From positions 1-64,000 of the forward strand of contig CAVTHS010000008.1 of assembly GCA_963734535.1 (NCBI GenBank): a DNA stretch of 64,000 nucleotides, given 5' to 3'. Below, in pieces: positions 44,842-53,768 of the stretch; position 1 is the first letter of the stretch; the number at the start of each line of letters is the position of its first letter. The notes below the pieces were generated by a model. It saw only the letters and a program-made list of their open reading frames with translations, made no database searches and was not told the DNA's origin. This DNA is from an uncultured Chloroflexia bacterium (lineage in GTDB: Bacteria > Chloroflexota > Limnocylindria > Limnocylindrales > CSP1-4). The position numbers and the translations under genes were made by a program.

Positions 44842-46179
44842 TTGTCCAACGAGCAGCCCGAAGGTCGGAGCCTTCGAATCGTGAGCTGGAACTGCAACAT
44901 GGCTCTGGCCCGGAAGGCGGGACACCTCCTTGCGCTCCAGCCCGACATTGCCGTCGTCCTCGAATGCTCCAATTCGGCCAGCCTCGACGGGATGGTCCGG
45001 ATCGAGTGGACCGGGCGGTACCCGCGGAAGGGGATGGCGGTCTTCGCTCGGCCGGAGCTTACAGGGGCCGTCGCCGACGCACCCGAGGAGGCGCGACGCT
45101 GGTGCCTGCCCATCTGGTTCGAGGGGCTCGACCTCGACCTGGTCGCGATTTGGGGGTTCAGGGCCAACGGGACTGCGGGCGTCCCGCGGGCGGTCGCCCA
45201 TCGCGCCCTCGAGAGCCTTGCACCGATCCTCGGGCGCCGGCGTGCCATCGTCATCGGCGACTTCAATGACGGACCGATCTTCGACGCTGGCCACCATGCG
45301 TCGTTCGCCCGGACCACCGAGCTATTGGGAACGGCAGGGTACGCGAGCCTCTACCACGCCTGGACGCTCGAGCCGTATGGGGCGGAGACCGGGGCGAGCC
45401 TGTTCCACCGGTGGCATCGCGACAAGCCGTTCCTCATCGACCACGCCTTCGTTCCGACGTGGTGGCTCCCATTCGTCAGCGGGTTCTCCATCGGCAGCCC
45501 GGATCCGTGGCTCGAGCGCAGCGACCACATGCCGCTCGTCGTGGAGCTGACACTCCCGTCCGGTTCCGCCACATCCTTGGACTCAGAGCCCGCGGGACGG
45601 CCGAGGTACAGCCAGCGGTTCGTCGAGGCGCTCGCGGTCGCGGCGCGCCTGCACGCGGTGCAGGTCCGAAAGTCGACCGATATCCCGTACGTGGCACACC
45701 TGCTCGGGACGTGCGCGATCGCGCTCGAGCACGGGGCGACCGAGGACGAGGCAATCGCGGCACTCCTGCACGATGCGATCGAGGACGTGGTTCCGACCAC
45801 GTCGGCGCGGGCCGCCGTGCGGACGTTCGGTGATGAGGTGACGCGGATCGTCGAAGCCTGCACCGACGCGGACACCCACCCGAAGCCGCCCTGGCGGGTG
45901 CGCAAGGAGGCCTACGTCGCCCACCTCGCGACGATGGACCGGTCGGTGCTGCTGGTGTCTGCCTCAGACAAGCTCCACAACGCCCGGGCGATCGTCGGCG
46001 ACCTCCGTCTCTCTGGGCCCGCCGTCTGGGAGCGCTTCAACGGCGGCCACGACGGCTCGCTCTGGTACTACCGGGCTCTCGTGAACGCGTTCCGGGGGAA
46101 CCCGGCGCACCCCGTCGACCTGGTCGATGAGCTGGACCGGGCTGTCACCGAGATGGAGTCGCTGGACCGAGACGCCTGA
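44842..46179 (+). CDS. Fusion of an EEP (exonuclease/endonuclease/phosphatase) domain and a RelA/SpoT-type HD hydrolase (Mesh1/SAH-like) domain
   Basis: EEP motifs IVSWNCN, DIAVVLEC, GDFND, IDHAF, SDHMP; HD motifs H..QVRK.TDIPY..H, ALLHDAIED, SDKLHNAR; AGGAG RBS before TTG. Confidence 0.85.
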   Translation: MSNEQPEGRSLRIVSWNCNMALARKAGHLLALQPDIAVVLECSNSASLDGMVRIEWTGRYPRKGMAVFARPELTGAVADAPEEARRWCLPIWFEGLDLDLVAIWGFRANGTAGVPRAVAHRALESLAPILGRRRAIVIGDFNDGPIFDAGHHASFARTTELLGTAGYASLYHAWTLEPYGAETGASLFHRWHRDKPFLIDHAFVPTWWLPFVSGFSIGSPDPWLERSDHMPLVVELTLPSGSATSLDSEPAGRPRYSQRFVEALAVAARLHAVQVRKSTDIPYVAHLLGTCAIALEHGATEDEAIAALLHDAIEDVVPTTSARAAVRTFGDEVTRIVEACTDADTHPKPPWRVRKEAYVAHLATMDRSVLLVSASDKLHNARAIVGDLRLSGPAVWERFNGGHDGSLWYYRALVNAFRGNPAHPVDLVDELDRAVTEMESLDRDA

Positions 46180-46320
46180 TCCGGGCTGGCAGAGCCAATC
46201 GATACAAGCGCCGTGTCTCCCGCCCCCGTCTTCCCCACGTCCTGCGCCGACCAGGTCACGAAATCGCGTCGCTCGGCGGGCGTACGCTTCCCTGGACAAC
46301 GCATCAGAAGGAACCCACAA

Positions 46321-46392
46321 ATGCCCGGCGCCATCTTCGTGCTCAAGAGCGACGACGAGCTGATCGAAATGCGGCAGCAGGGGTACCCCGAG
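46321..46392 (+). pseudogene. N-terminal stub of a truncated gene (possibly a PD-(D/E)XK nuclease-like protein)
   Basis: AAGGA RBS then MPGAIFVLKSDDELIEMRQQGYPE, recalling the N-terminus of a widespread nuclease-like hypothetical family; the resemblance stops abruptly. Confidence 0.4.
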
Positions 46393-46441
46393 ATGACCCG
46401 TGCTCGCTCGTCCCCTGAGGCCAGAGGCATGATCGCCCAGC

Positions 46442-49400
46442 ATGCCTGACGACCTCAATCCTGGAATCTACGAGGCCCTCGTCACTGAGGCCCTTCGAGT
46501 CCGGATTGAACGCGCCCGTGCGCAGGGCTGGCTCATCGAATGGCGGGCAATCGACGACCAGGCTTTGGTAGAGATCCTCGCCCGCCACATCCATGATCGC
46601 GTGCAGGAGCGGCTCAACGGTATTCCTACCGCTGATGATCGCCCGCGAGCGCAAGTCGACCTCGCCAATCGAGTACTGGAGGTCCTCGCACCCTACTCAA
46701 CAGACCGTGAAGTCGCGGCCATGGTCGATCCAGAAGCACAGCTGCTCCTCGACGTCGAGACGCCCGCCGTCCCGGGTCGGACTCGATGGTCGAGGCCTCG
46801 ACCCGGGATTCCATTGCGGACGAGTGACCTGCTCGTCAATGGCCACAAGGACCTTCAGATCGGCACCCAGGTCGCCCTTGAGATCCAGAGCGCCGACCGG
46901 GTTGACCTTCTGTGTGCGTTCGTGCGCTGGGCCGGCCTCCGTCTCATCCGGAAGGAGTTGGGGGACTTCCTGCTCCGGGGCGGCGAGATGCGCCTGATTG
47001 CCAGTGTCTATACAGGTTCGACGGAGAAGCGAGCTCTGGACGACTTGGTCGGTCTCGGTGCGAAGGTCAAGGTCTCGTACGAGACATCGCAGACTCGGCT
47101 GCACGCGAAAGCATGGCTTTTTGAGCGGAATACGAGTTACCACACGGCCTACGTCGGGTCATCGAACCTGACCCACTCGGCGCTCCTCGATGGCCTTGAA
47201 TGGAATGTGCGCGTCACCGCGGTAGACAACGCGGGAATCATCGATCGGATCCGAGCGACCTTTGAGCAGTACTGGAACGAGCCCGAGTTCCAGACGTATG
47301 ACCCGCGTGTGGACGGCGAGCGCCTTCAAGCCGCGCTGGATGCTGAGAACCGCCCAGGCGCGATTCCGGCTCCCTATCGACTCAGCGTCCAGGTGGAACC
47401 GAAGCCGTTCCAAATGGAGATGCTCGCGGCCCTCGATTCTGAGCGTCAGCGTGGGCACTTCCGGAACCTTGTCGTTGCCCCAACAGGGACCGGCAAGACG
47501 TGGGTGTCTGCCTTCGACTACCAACGGCTACGAAGGGGCGGGTTCGAGCGCTTGTTGTTCGTGGCCCATCGGAACGAAATCCTCGAGCAGAGTCAGGAGG
47601 TGTTCCGACTCGTCCTCGATGATCCGATGTTTGGCGAGCGGTTCATCGGCGGAGAGCGGCCGCTGCGCTGGGACCACGTCTTCGCGTCGATCCAATCTCT
47701 CCACCGCGGCATCGACCAACTGGATCCCAAGCAGTTCGACGTCGTCATCGTGGACGAATTCCACCACGCAGAAGCGGACACATATCGGCGGCTCCTCGAA
47801 CACCTCCAGCCGAAGGTGCTCGTCGGTCTGACGGCCACACCCGAGCGTGCGGACGGCAAGGCAATCCTTCATTGGTTCGATGAGCGCGTGGCGACCGAGA
47901 TGCGCTTGTGGGAGGCGCTCGACCAGGGGTTGTTGTGCCCGTTCCACTACCTCGGCGTCGGGGATGGGACTGACCTCCGTCGAGTCGCCTTCGAGCGCGG
48001 TCGATATGTCACCTCCGAGTTGGAAGGCATCCTCACCGGCGACCACGTCCGCGCCCGACGGATCCTGGATTCGGTCGATGAGTGGGTTCTCGATCCTTCA
48101 AGGATGCGTGCCCTCGGCTTCTGCGTTGGGGTGCATCACGCTAAGTTCATGGCCCAGCAATTCAACGAGGCTGGGCTACCGTCTGTCGCCCTAGACGGCG
48201 ACACGGACGCGGAAACACGCCTCGGTGCCATCCGGCGCCTGCGCCGTGGGGAGCTCCGGGCAATCTTCACGGTCGACATCTTCAACGAAGGCATCGACAT
48301 CCCCGAGGTCGACACGATCCTTCTCCTGCGTCCGACCGAAAGCGCGACGGTCTTTCTGCAGCAGCTTGGACGGGGCCTCCGATGGGCAGAGGGCAAGAGT
48401 GTCCTCACTGTGCTCGACTTCATCGGCCAGGCGCACGCGGAATACCGTTTCGACATCCGGTTCCGGGCGATGGTCGGCGGAACGCGCCGACAGGTGGAGA
48501 AGGCGCTGGAGGGCGGGTTCCCGCTCATGCCGCCAGGGTGCGCGATCCGACTCGACGAGATTGCTCAGGAAATCGTGCTTGAGAGTCTGCGGTCAAGCAT
48601 TCGCAACACTCGGCGCGCCCTCGTCGACGACCTGCGGGGGCTGCCGGCGTCGACGAGCTTGGCGGACTTCCTTGAGGCCAGCTCGTTCGATCTTCCAGAT
48701 GTGTACGCCAGCCCAGGGAACGGCACAACCTTCACCTCCGCGCGCCGGGCTGCCGGGCACCTGCGCGGCGCGCCGGATCCTCTTGAGTCCGAATACGCGA
48801 AGTCGCTTGGAAAGATGCTCCACGTGGACGACGATGAGCGCTACGAAAGCTGGCGGGCGTGGTTGACGGGGAGCGCGCCTCCGGAGCACGCGAGGCCTGG
48901 GTCTCGCGCCGAGCGCCTGCAGTGGATGTTGTTCGCGGCGCTTGGGCAACGGAAGCGGTCGCTTGCCGAAACGGACCACGTATTCGCGGAGCTATGGCAG
49001 GCACCTGCGCTTCGCAACGAGCTTATCGAGTTGCTCGACGTTCTACGCGAGCGTGCGCAGTCAGACGACCGACACCCCATTCCCATCCAGTCGGCCGGCA
49101 GTGTCCCAATCCATGTCCATGCAACGTACGGTCTATATGAGCTGATAGCGGCTCACGGGCTTACGAGCAACGGGGTGCTGCGGGAGACGCGCGAAGGCGT
49201 CATCTGGTCCGAGGAGGATCAATCGGACTTGTTCTTCATCACACTCAACAAGGCCGAGGGCGACTACTCCCCGTCAACCCGCTATCAGGACTATCCGATC
49301 TCACCCACCTTGTTCCACTGGGAGTCCCAGGGACGAACAGCGACTGCATCGCCGACGGGTCAGCGTTACGTCAACCATGTCGCCCGCGCTTCTCGAGTAG

Positions 49401-49576
49401 TCCTGTTCGTTCGCGAGAACCGTCGTGACGAGCGCGATGTGAGCGCCCCCTACTTGTGTCTTGGCCCCGCTCGCCACGTGAGCCACCAATCCGACCGCCC
49501 GATGCAGATCGTCTGGGAACTCGAACGGCCAATGCCCGCCGAGATCTACAGTCACGCAAAGGTCGCCGCGGGATGA
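46442..49576 (+). CDS. PLD nuclease - SF2 helicase - DUF3427 protein (SauUSI-like, putative type IV modification-dependent restriction enzyme)
   Basis: PLD motif RLHAKAWLF...YVGSSNLT; Walker A PTGTGKT; DEFHH; TATPER; QQLGRGLR; DUF3427-like YQDYPISPTLFHWESQ. Confidence 0.88.
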   Translation: MPDDLNPGIYEALVTEALRVRIERARAQGWLIEWRAIDDQALVEILARHIHDRVQERLNGIPTADDRPRAQVDLANRVLEVLAPYSTDREVAAMVDPEAQLLLDVETPAVPGRTRWSRPRPGIPLRTSDLLVNGHKDLQIGTQVALEIQSADRVDLLCAFVRWAGLRLIRKELGDFLLRGGEMRLIASVYTGSTEKRALDDLVGLGAKVKVSYETSQTRLHAKAWLFERNTSYHTAYVGSSNLTHSALLDGLEWNVRVTAVDNAGIIDRIRATFEQYWNEPEFQTYDPRVDGERLQAALDAENRPGAIPAPYRLSVQVEPKPFQMEMLAALDSERQRGHFRNLVVAPTGTGKTWVSAFDYQRLRRGGFERLLFVAHRNEILEQSQEVFRLVLDDPMFGERFIGGERPLRWDHVFASIQSLHRGIDQLDPKQFDVVIVDEFHHAEADTYRRLLEHLQPKVLVGLTATPERADGKAILHWFDERVATEMRLWEALDQGLLCPFHYLGVGDGTDLRRVAFERGRYVTSELEGILTGDHVRARRILDSVDEWVLDPSRMRALGFCVGVHHAKFMAQQFNEAGLPSVALDGDTDAETRLGAIRRLRRGELRAIFTVDIFNEGIDIPEVDTILLLRPTESATVFLQQLGRGLRWAEGKSVLTVLDFIGQAHAEYRFDIRFRAMVGGTRRQVEKALEGGFPLMPPGCAIRLDEIAQEIVLESLRSSIRNTRRALVDDLRGLPASTSLADFLEASSFDLPDVYASPGNGTTFTSARRAAGHLRGAPDPLESEYAKSLGKMLHVDDDERYESWRAWLTGSAPPEHARPGSRAERLQWMLFAALGQRKRSLAETDHVFAELWQAPALRNELIELLDVLRERAQSDDRHPIPIQSAGSVPIHVHATYGLYELIAAHGLTSNGVLRETREGVIWSEEDQSDLFFITLNKAEGDYSPSTRYQDYPISPTLFHWESQGRTATASPTGQRYVNHVARASRVVLFVRENRRDERDVSAPYLCLGPARHVSHQSDRPMQIVWELERPMPAEIYSHAKVAAG

Positions 49577-49830
49577 CCAAACACGAGAATCGGCGCGTCC
49601 TGATTGACACTGAAGAGTGCGGTGTCGGCGTGGACACCGACTCGCGCCCCGGCTGACGGCGGACCCATGTCCGATCGGCCGACCGTAAACCAAGTGCATC
49701 GGTTCAGCCATCTGGTGACCTCACGCTGACCGTCGTCTGGGCGCACCCTGGCGACTACATTTGCTGATGTCATCGGGGATCGGGGCGTCGGTCCGGCCGC
49801 GTCGCATCCATTGATCCGCCAGGAGGTCCG

Positions 49831-51537
49831 ATGGAGTCGCACGGACGGGCCGCCGAGCGCCTCGTCGACGAGCGAATACGTGCGGCGTTGCCGGCCGACG
49901 CCTTCGGCCTCTACCCGAACGCCGAGTGGCTGGGCTCCATGCGCGAAGGCGGTCCCCCGCGGGACGGCGAGGCGGACCTCGTCATCGTCCACGCCGAGCA
50001 CGGGATCCTCGTCCTTGAGACCAAGTCCGGGACGCCATCGCGCGACCACGCCGGCCACTGGTGGATCGGCAACCTCGCGCTCGACCGCGACCCGTTCACG
50101 CAGGCAAAGGACAGCAAGCACCAGCTCGTCCGCAAGCTCGCCGAGCTGGCGGACTGGCCGCCGCGGACCGAGCCGCGCGCCGGCCACGCGATCGCCCTGC
50201 CGGACGTCGACCTCGCGAGCCTGCCGCGCGGCCACGTCCTCCTGGGCGCGGACGCCCCGCGCGAGCTCGTCCTCGATGCCGAGGCGCTCGAGACGCCGGC
50301 GTCGATCCGCCGCTGGGTGGAGGGCGCGTTCGCGTACTGGCTGGGCGACGGGTCGAAGGGCGTCGCCGCTCGGTGCTCTCGGCGTCCGTCTCGTCGACGA
50401 GCTCCTCGCCCCGACCTGGGCGCTCCATCGTCTCGTGCGCGGGCGCATCGAGGACGACCGGGCGGAGCTCCTCGCGACCAGCCGCGAGCAGGCGCTCATC
50501 GTCAGCCGGACGAAGACCCTGCGCCGGCTCGAGGTCGTGGGCCCGGCGGGAAGCGGGAAGTCGATGCTCGCCGCCGAGAAAGCCCGCCGGCTGGCGCGCG
50601 AGGGGTACCGGACGCTCCTGGTCTGCTTCAACCAGCGCCTCGCGACGAGCCTCATCCGCGAGCTCGAGGAGGCGCCGGCCCCGGCGGGCCTCGACGTGAC
50701 GACGTTCCACCGCCTGTGCGAGCGGCTCGGCACCGAGGCGGGCGTCCTCCCGGCGCGCCCCGACCCGATCCCGCAGGGCTGGTGGGACGAGACGCTCCCG
50801 GGCGCGCTGGAGGCGGCGATCGACGCGCTGCCCGACCGGCGCTACCACGCGGTCGTCGTCGACGAGGGCCAGGACTTCGAGGCCCGCTGGTTCGAGCTCC
50901 TGCAGCGCCTGCTCGTCGATCCCGGGCGACGTCTTCTGGGTCTTCCACGACCCGGGCCAGGCGCTCATCCGGGCCGACGTCGTGGCCGGGCTCGGCCTCG
51001 AGCGCCACGAGCTCTTCGAGAACCACCGCAACCCGGAGTCGATCGCCGCGCTCGCCGGCCGCTTCTATCGCGGCGGCGAGGAAGTCTCCGCGCTCCGGGA
51101 GACCGGCCGGCGGCACACGCTGATCAACGGCCGAGCCCGGCAACGAGACGCTCGAGGCGCTCCGCAAGACGCTCCACCGGCTCGTCGAGGACGAGCGGGT
51201 CCCACCCTGGAAGATCGCGGTGCTCTCGGGCGCCTCCGCGACGGCGAGCGGGGTCTGGCGCCATCGCCGCTTCGGGAACGCCGTCCTCTGCAACTCGGCG
51301 TTCCAGGACGACGGCCGCTCGAAGGGGCTCGCGCCCGAGGACGTCCCCGACGAGCCGGACGAGGTGCTCTTCGAGACGATCCGCCGCTTCAAGGGGATGG
51401 AGCGCGAGGTCGTCGTGCTCGTCGAGCTCCCGACCGAGGGCGACCGCCTCGATGAGCTCCTCTACGTCGGCCTGACCCGGGCGACCACGGAGCTCGTGGT
51501 CATCGCGCCGCCGGCGCTGGCGCGGCGGCTGGGGTGA
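49831..51537 (+). CDS. NERD nuclease fused to a UvrD-like SF1 helicase (several frameshifts)
   Basis: AGGAGG RBS; GEADLVIV...GILVLETKSG; GPAGSGKS; VVDEGQD; ENHRN; TIRRFKGME; YVGLTRA. Confidence 0.82.
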
Positions 51538-52615
51538 CGGCGGCGCCGTGATCTCGCCGCCTCCAGGCAGCCAGGCGGCCGCTTGCCCGGTCGTCGGCCA
51601 GTTCGATGGCGCCGTCACGCCGCAGGTTCGCCAGGACGCGCTTGATCGTCGGATCGCTGATTCCCGGGAGCGCCGAGCGGACATCGCGAAAACGGAACAC
51701 GGCCGGGGCGTGGTCGAGGATGTAGCGTCGGACCTGGTCCTGCTTCGACCCGCCCGTGAGGTTTCGCCGCGCCGCGACGCGTGCCTCGAAGTCCGCGTAT
51801 GCGGCGACGAGGACGTCGACGAGGTAGCCGATCCATGGCCAGACGTCGTGCTCGCCTTCGTGCCAGCGGCGCTGTGACGCGTAGATCGCGTCGTAGTACG
51901 CATCCTTGGTCTCGAACATGCGCTGCTCGATGCTCACGTAGCGCGACACCGAGTAGCCCGCTTGAAGCAGCGCGTGGGTCGTGATCAGGCGCGCAAGTCG
52001 TCCGTTCCCGTCGGCAACCGGATGGATCGCCAGGAAGTCGAGAACGAGCGCGCCGATGAGCAGGATCGGGTGGGCGGCCTGGTCGGCGACGGCCTGGCGA
52101 TACCGATCGAACAGGTCGGGGAGCAGGAACTCCGTCTCCTTGGCGGACGGCGGGGTGAAGAGCACCTCTCGATGGCCCCGCTCGAACGACACGATGAGGT
52201 TCTGAGCGCTCTTGATCCGCCCGCCGCCGCCTTCGGTGTGACCAAAAAGGAGGCGGTGGAGGTGCAGCACATAGGGCACGGACAACACCTCGAGGTCGGT
52301 TGCCCGCGAGATCTCGTCCATCGCGTCCCGATAGCCGGCAAGCTCGCGCTCGTTGCGGTTGCGGAAGCGGCGTGGTTCTGCCCCTCCTGCCACGAGCCCC
52401 GGGATCCGGCCCGCCTCGACAACGACGCCCTCGATCGCGCTGGAGGCCGTGATGGACTCGATGCGGGTCGCCACGGCCAACGCGTCGAGAAGCTGCGGGA
52501 GCTGGTCCCGGTAGAGGCCTTCGCGGCCGCGGCCGACGTCGATCCTCGCAAGACGCGCTCCGAGACGCACGGGCTGGGACCCGAACGTCGTGTCGATGTC
52601 GACGAAGCTGTGCAT
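51500..52615 (-). CDS. Fic-family protein with C-terminal winged HTH
   Basis: Catalytic HPVADGNGRLAR; N-terminal SSAIEG auto-inhibitory motif (class II). Confidence 0.9.
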   Translation of the reverse strand: MHSFVDIDTTFGSQPVRLGARLARIDVGRGREGLYRDQLPQLLDALAVATRIESITASSAIEGVVVEAGRIPGLVAGGAEPRRFRNRNERELAGYRDAMDEISRATDLEVLSVPYVLHLHRLLFGHTEGGGGRIKSAQNLIVSFERGHREVLFTPPSAKETEFLLPDLFDRYRQAVADQAAHPILLIGALVLDFLAIHPVADGNGRLARLITTHALLQAGYSVSRYVSIEQRMFETKDAYYDAIYASQRRWHEGEHDVWPWIGYLVDVLVAAYADFEARVAARRNLTGGSKQDQVRRYILDHAPAVFRFRDVRSALPGISDPTIKRVLANLRRDGAIELADDRASGRLAAWRRRDHGAAVTPAAAPAPAAR

Positions 52616-52776
52616 TGGATCATCTCGGATAATCGAACATTAGGTGGCCCGTCTGATCCCGATTATCTGCAGATTCCCGGTCCCGGTCAAGAGCTTCCGG
52701 ACCCGAGGACGTCGAGTCGCCGCAGGGTGCCGCTCCTCGCCGGCGGTCGGACCAGGTTGGCGCATCGCGAGCTTCT

Positions 52777-52795
52777 GTGCCACGCGAGCTGGCAC
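52777..52795. promoter_or_regulatory. Palindromic site GTGCCA-N7-TGGCAC, copy 2
   Basis: ctgtgccacgcgagctggcacag with 8-bp arms. Confidence 0.65.
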
Positions 52796-52817
52796 AGCGC
52801 GGGCCGAGGATGGGCCC

Positions 52818-53681
52818 GTGACAATCGAGACCACACCCCCGATCCCGGAGACGGCTTTCGCTCCCCGTTCGATGGCCGACGCTCCCCTCCCCGGTTACGA
52901 GAGCCACTCGTCGATCTCCACGTACCGCGCATGCCCGCTGCGATACGCGTTCCGGTATGTCGAGCGCCGGCCCGGCGAGGTCAGCCCGGGACAGTTCGCC
53001 TTCGGGAGCGCCGTCCACAAGGCCTTCGAGGCGTTCGGGCTCGCCCGGATCCGCGCCCGCGCCGAGGGCACCCCCGAGCCTGGCCCCGAGATCCTCCAGG
53101 CTGCGCTCGACCGCAAGCTCGCCTCGTCCGGCCTGACCGACGCCGAGATCGCGGAGGCCCGCCGGCGGGCAGTCCCGGTCCTCGCCCGCTTCCTCGAGAT
53201 CGAGGCCCGCATGGAGGCCGAGCCGGTCGCGGTCGAGCTCGGGTTCGGGGTCGGTGTCGAGCTGCGCCGGCGAGCGCCGGCGGCTTCCGCTTCGTGGGCT
53301 ACGTCGACCGCGTCGACCGGGCTCCCGACGGCTCGACCCAGATCGTCGACTACAAGACCGGCCGGACCCGCAGCCAGGCCGACGTCGACGCCGACGCGCA
53401 GCTCACCGCCTACGCGTTCGGCTGCGCCCGGGGCGGCCTGCGCGACCCTGCGACCGGCGTCGACCCTCCCGCCGGCGTCGCGGCTCGGGCTCTACTTCGC
53501 CGAGTCGGGTGAGCTCCTCTGGACGGCCCGCACCGAGGAGCAGCTCGCCGCGTTCGAGAGCGGCCTCATCGAGACCGTCGGCCAGATCCACGACCGAGAG
53601 TTCGCTGCCCGGCCCGCGCCGTGGCGCTGCCGCTGGTGCGAGTACCGGCGCGAGTGCCCCGAGGCGAGTCCCGTGGACTGA
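52818..53681 (+). CDS. Stand-alone PD-(D/E)XK nuclease, RecB/AddB/Cas4-like with four Cys (compensating frameshifts near 53275 and 53460)
   Basis: SHSSISTYRACPLRY, FGSAVHKAFE, GYVDRVD...IVDYKTG, QLTAYA, CRWCEYRRECP. Confidence 0.82.
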   Translation: MTIETTPPIPETAFAPRSMADAPLPGYESHSSISTYRACPLRYAFRYVERRPGEVSPGQFAFGSAVHKAFEAFGLARIRARAEGTPEPGPEILQAALDRKLASSGLTDAEIAEARRRAVPVLARFLEIEARMEAEPVAVELGFGVGVELRRRAPAASASWATSTASTGLPTARPRSSTTRPAGPAARPTSTPTRSSPPTRSAAPGAACATLRPASTLPPASRLGLYFAESGELLWTARTEEQLAAFESGLIETVGQIHDREFAARPAPWRCRWCEYRRECPEASPVD

Positions 53682-53768
53682 CGTTCCAACCCACGTGACA
53701 GCTGGCCGATGGCCAGGTCTGAGGTCCGCTTCGCCCGAGCGACCCTCGTCTGCGACAGGATCACGGAC

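Noticed and set aside
52633-52648. LexA (GAAC-N4-GTTC) box upstream of fic
   Set aside because: Only the CGAAC half-site is present
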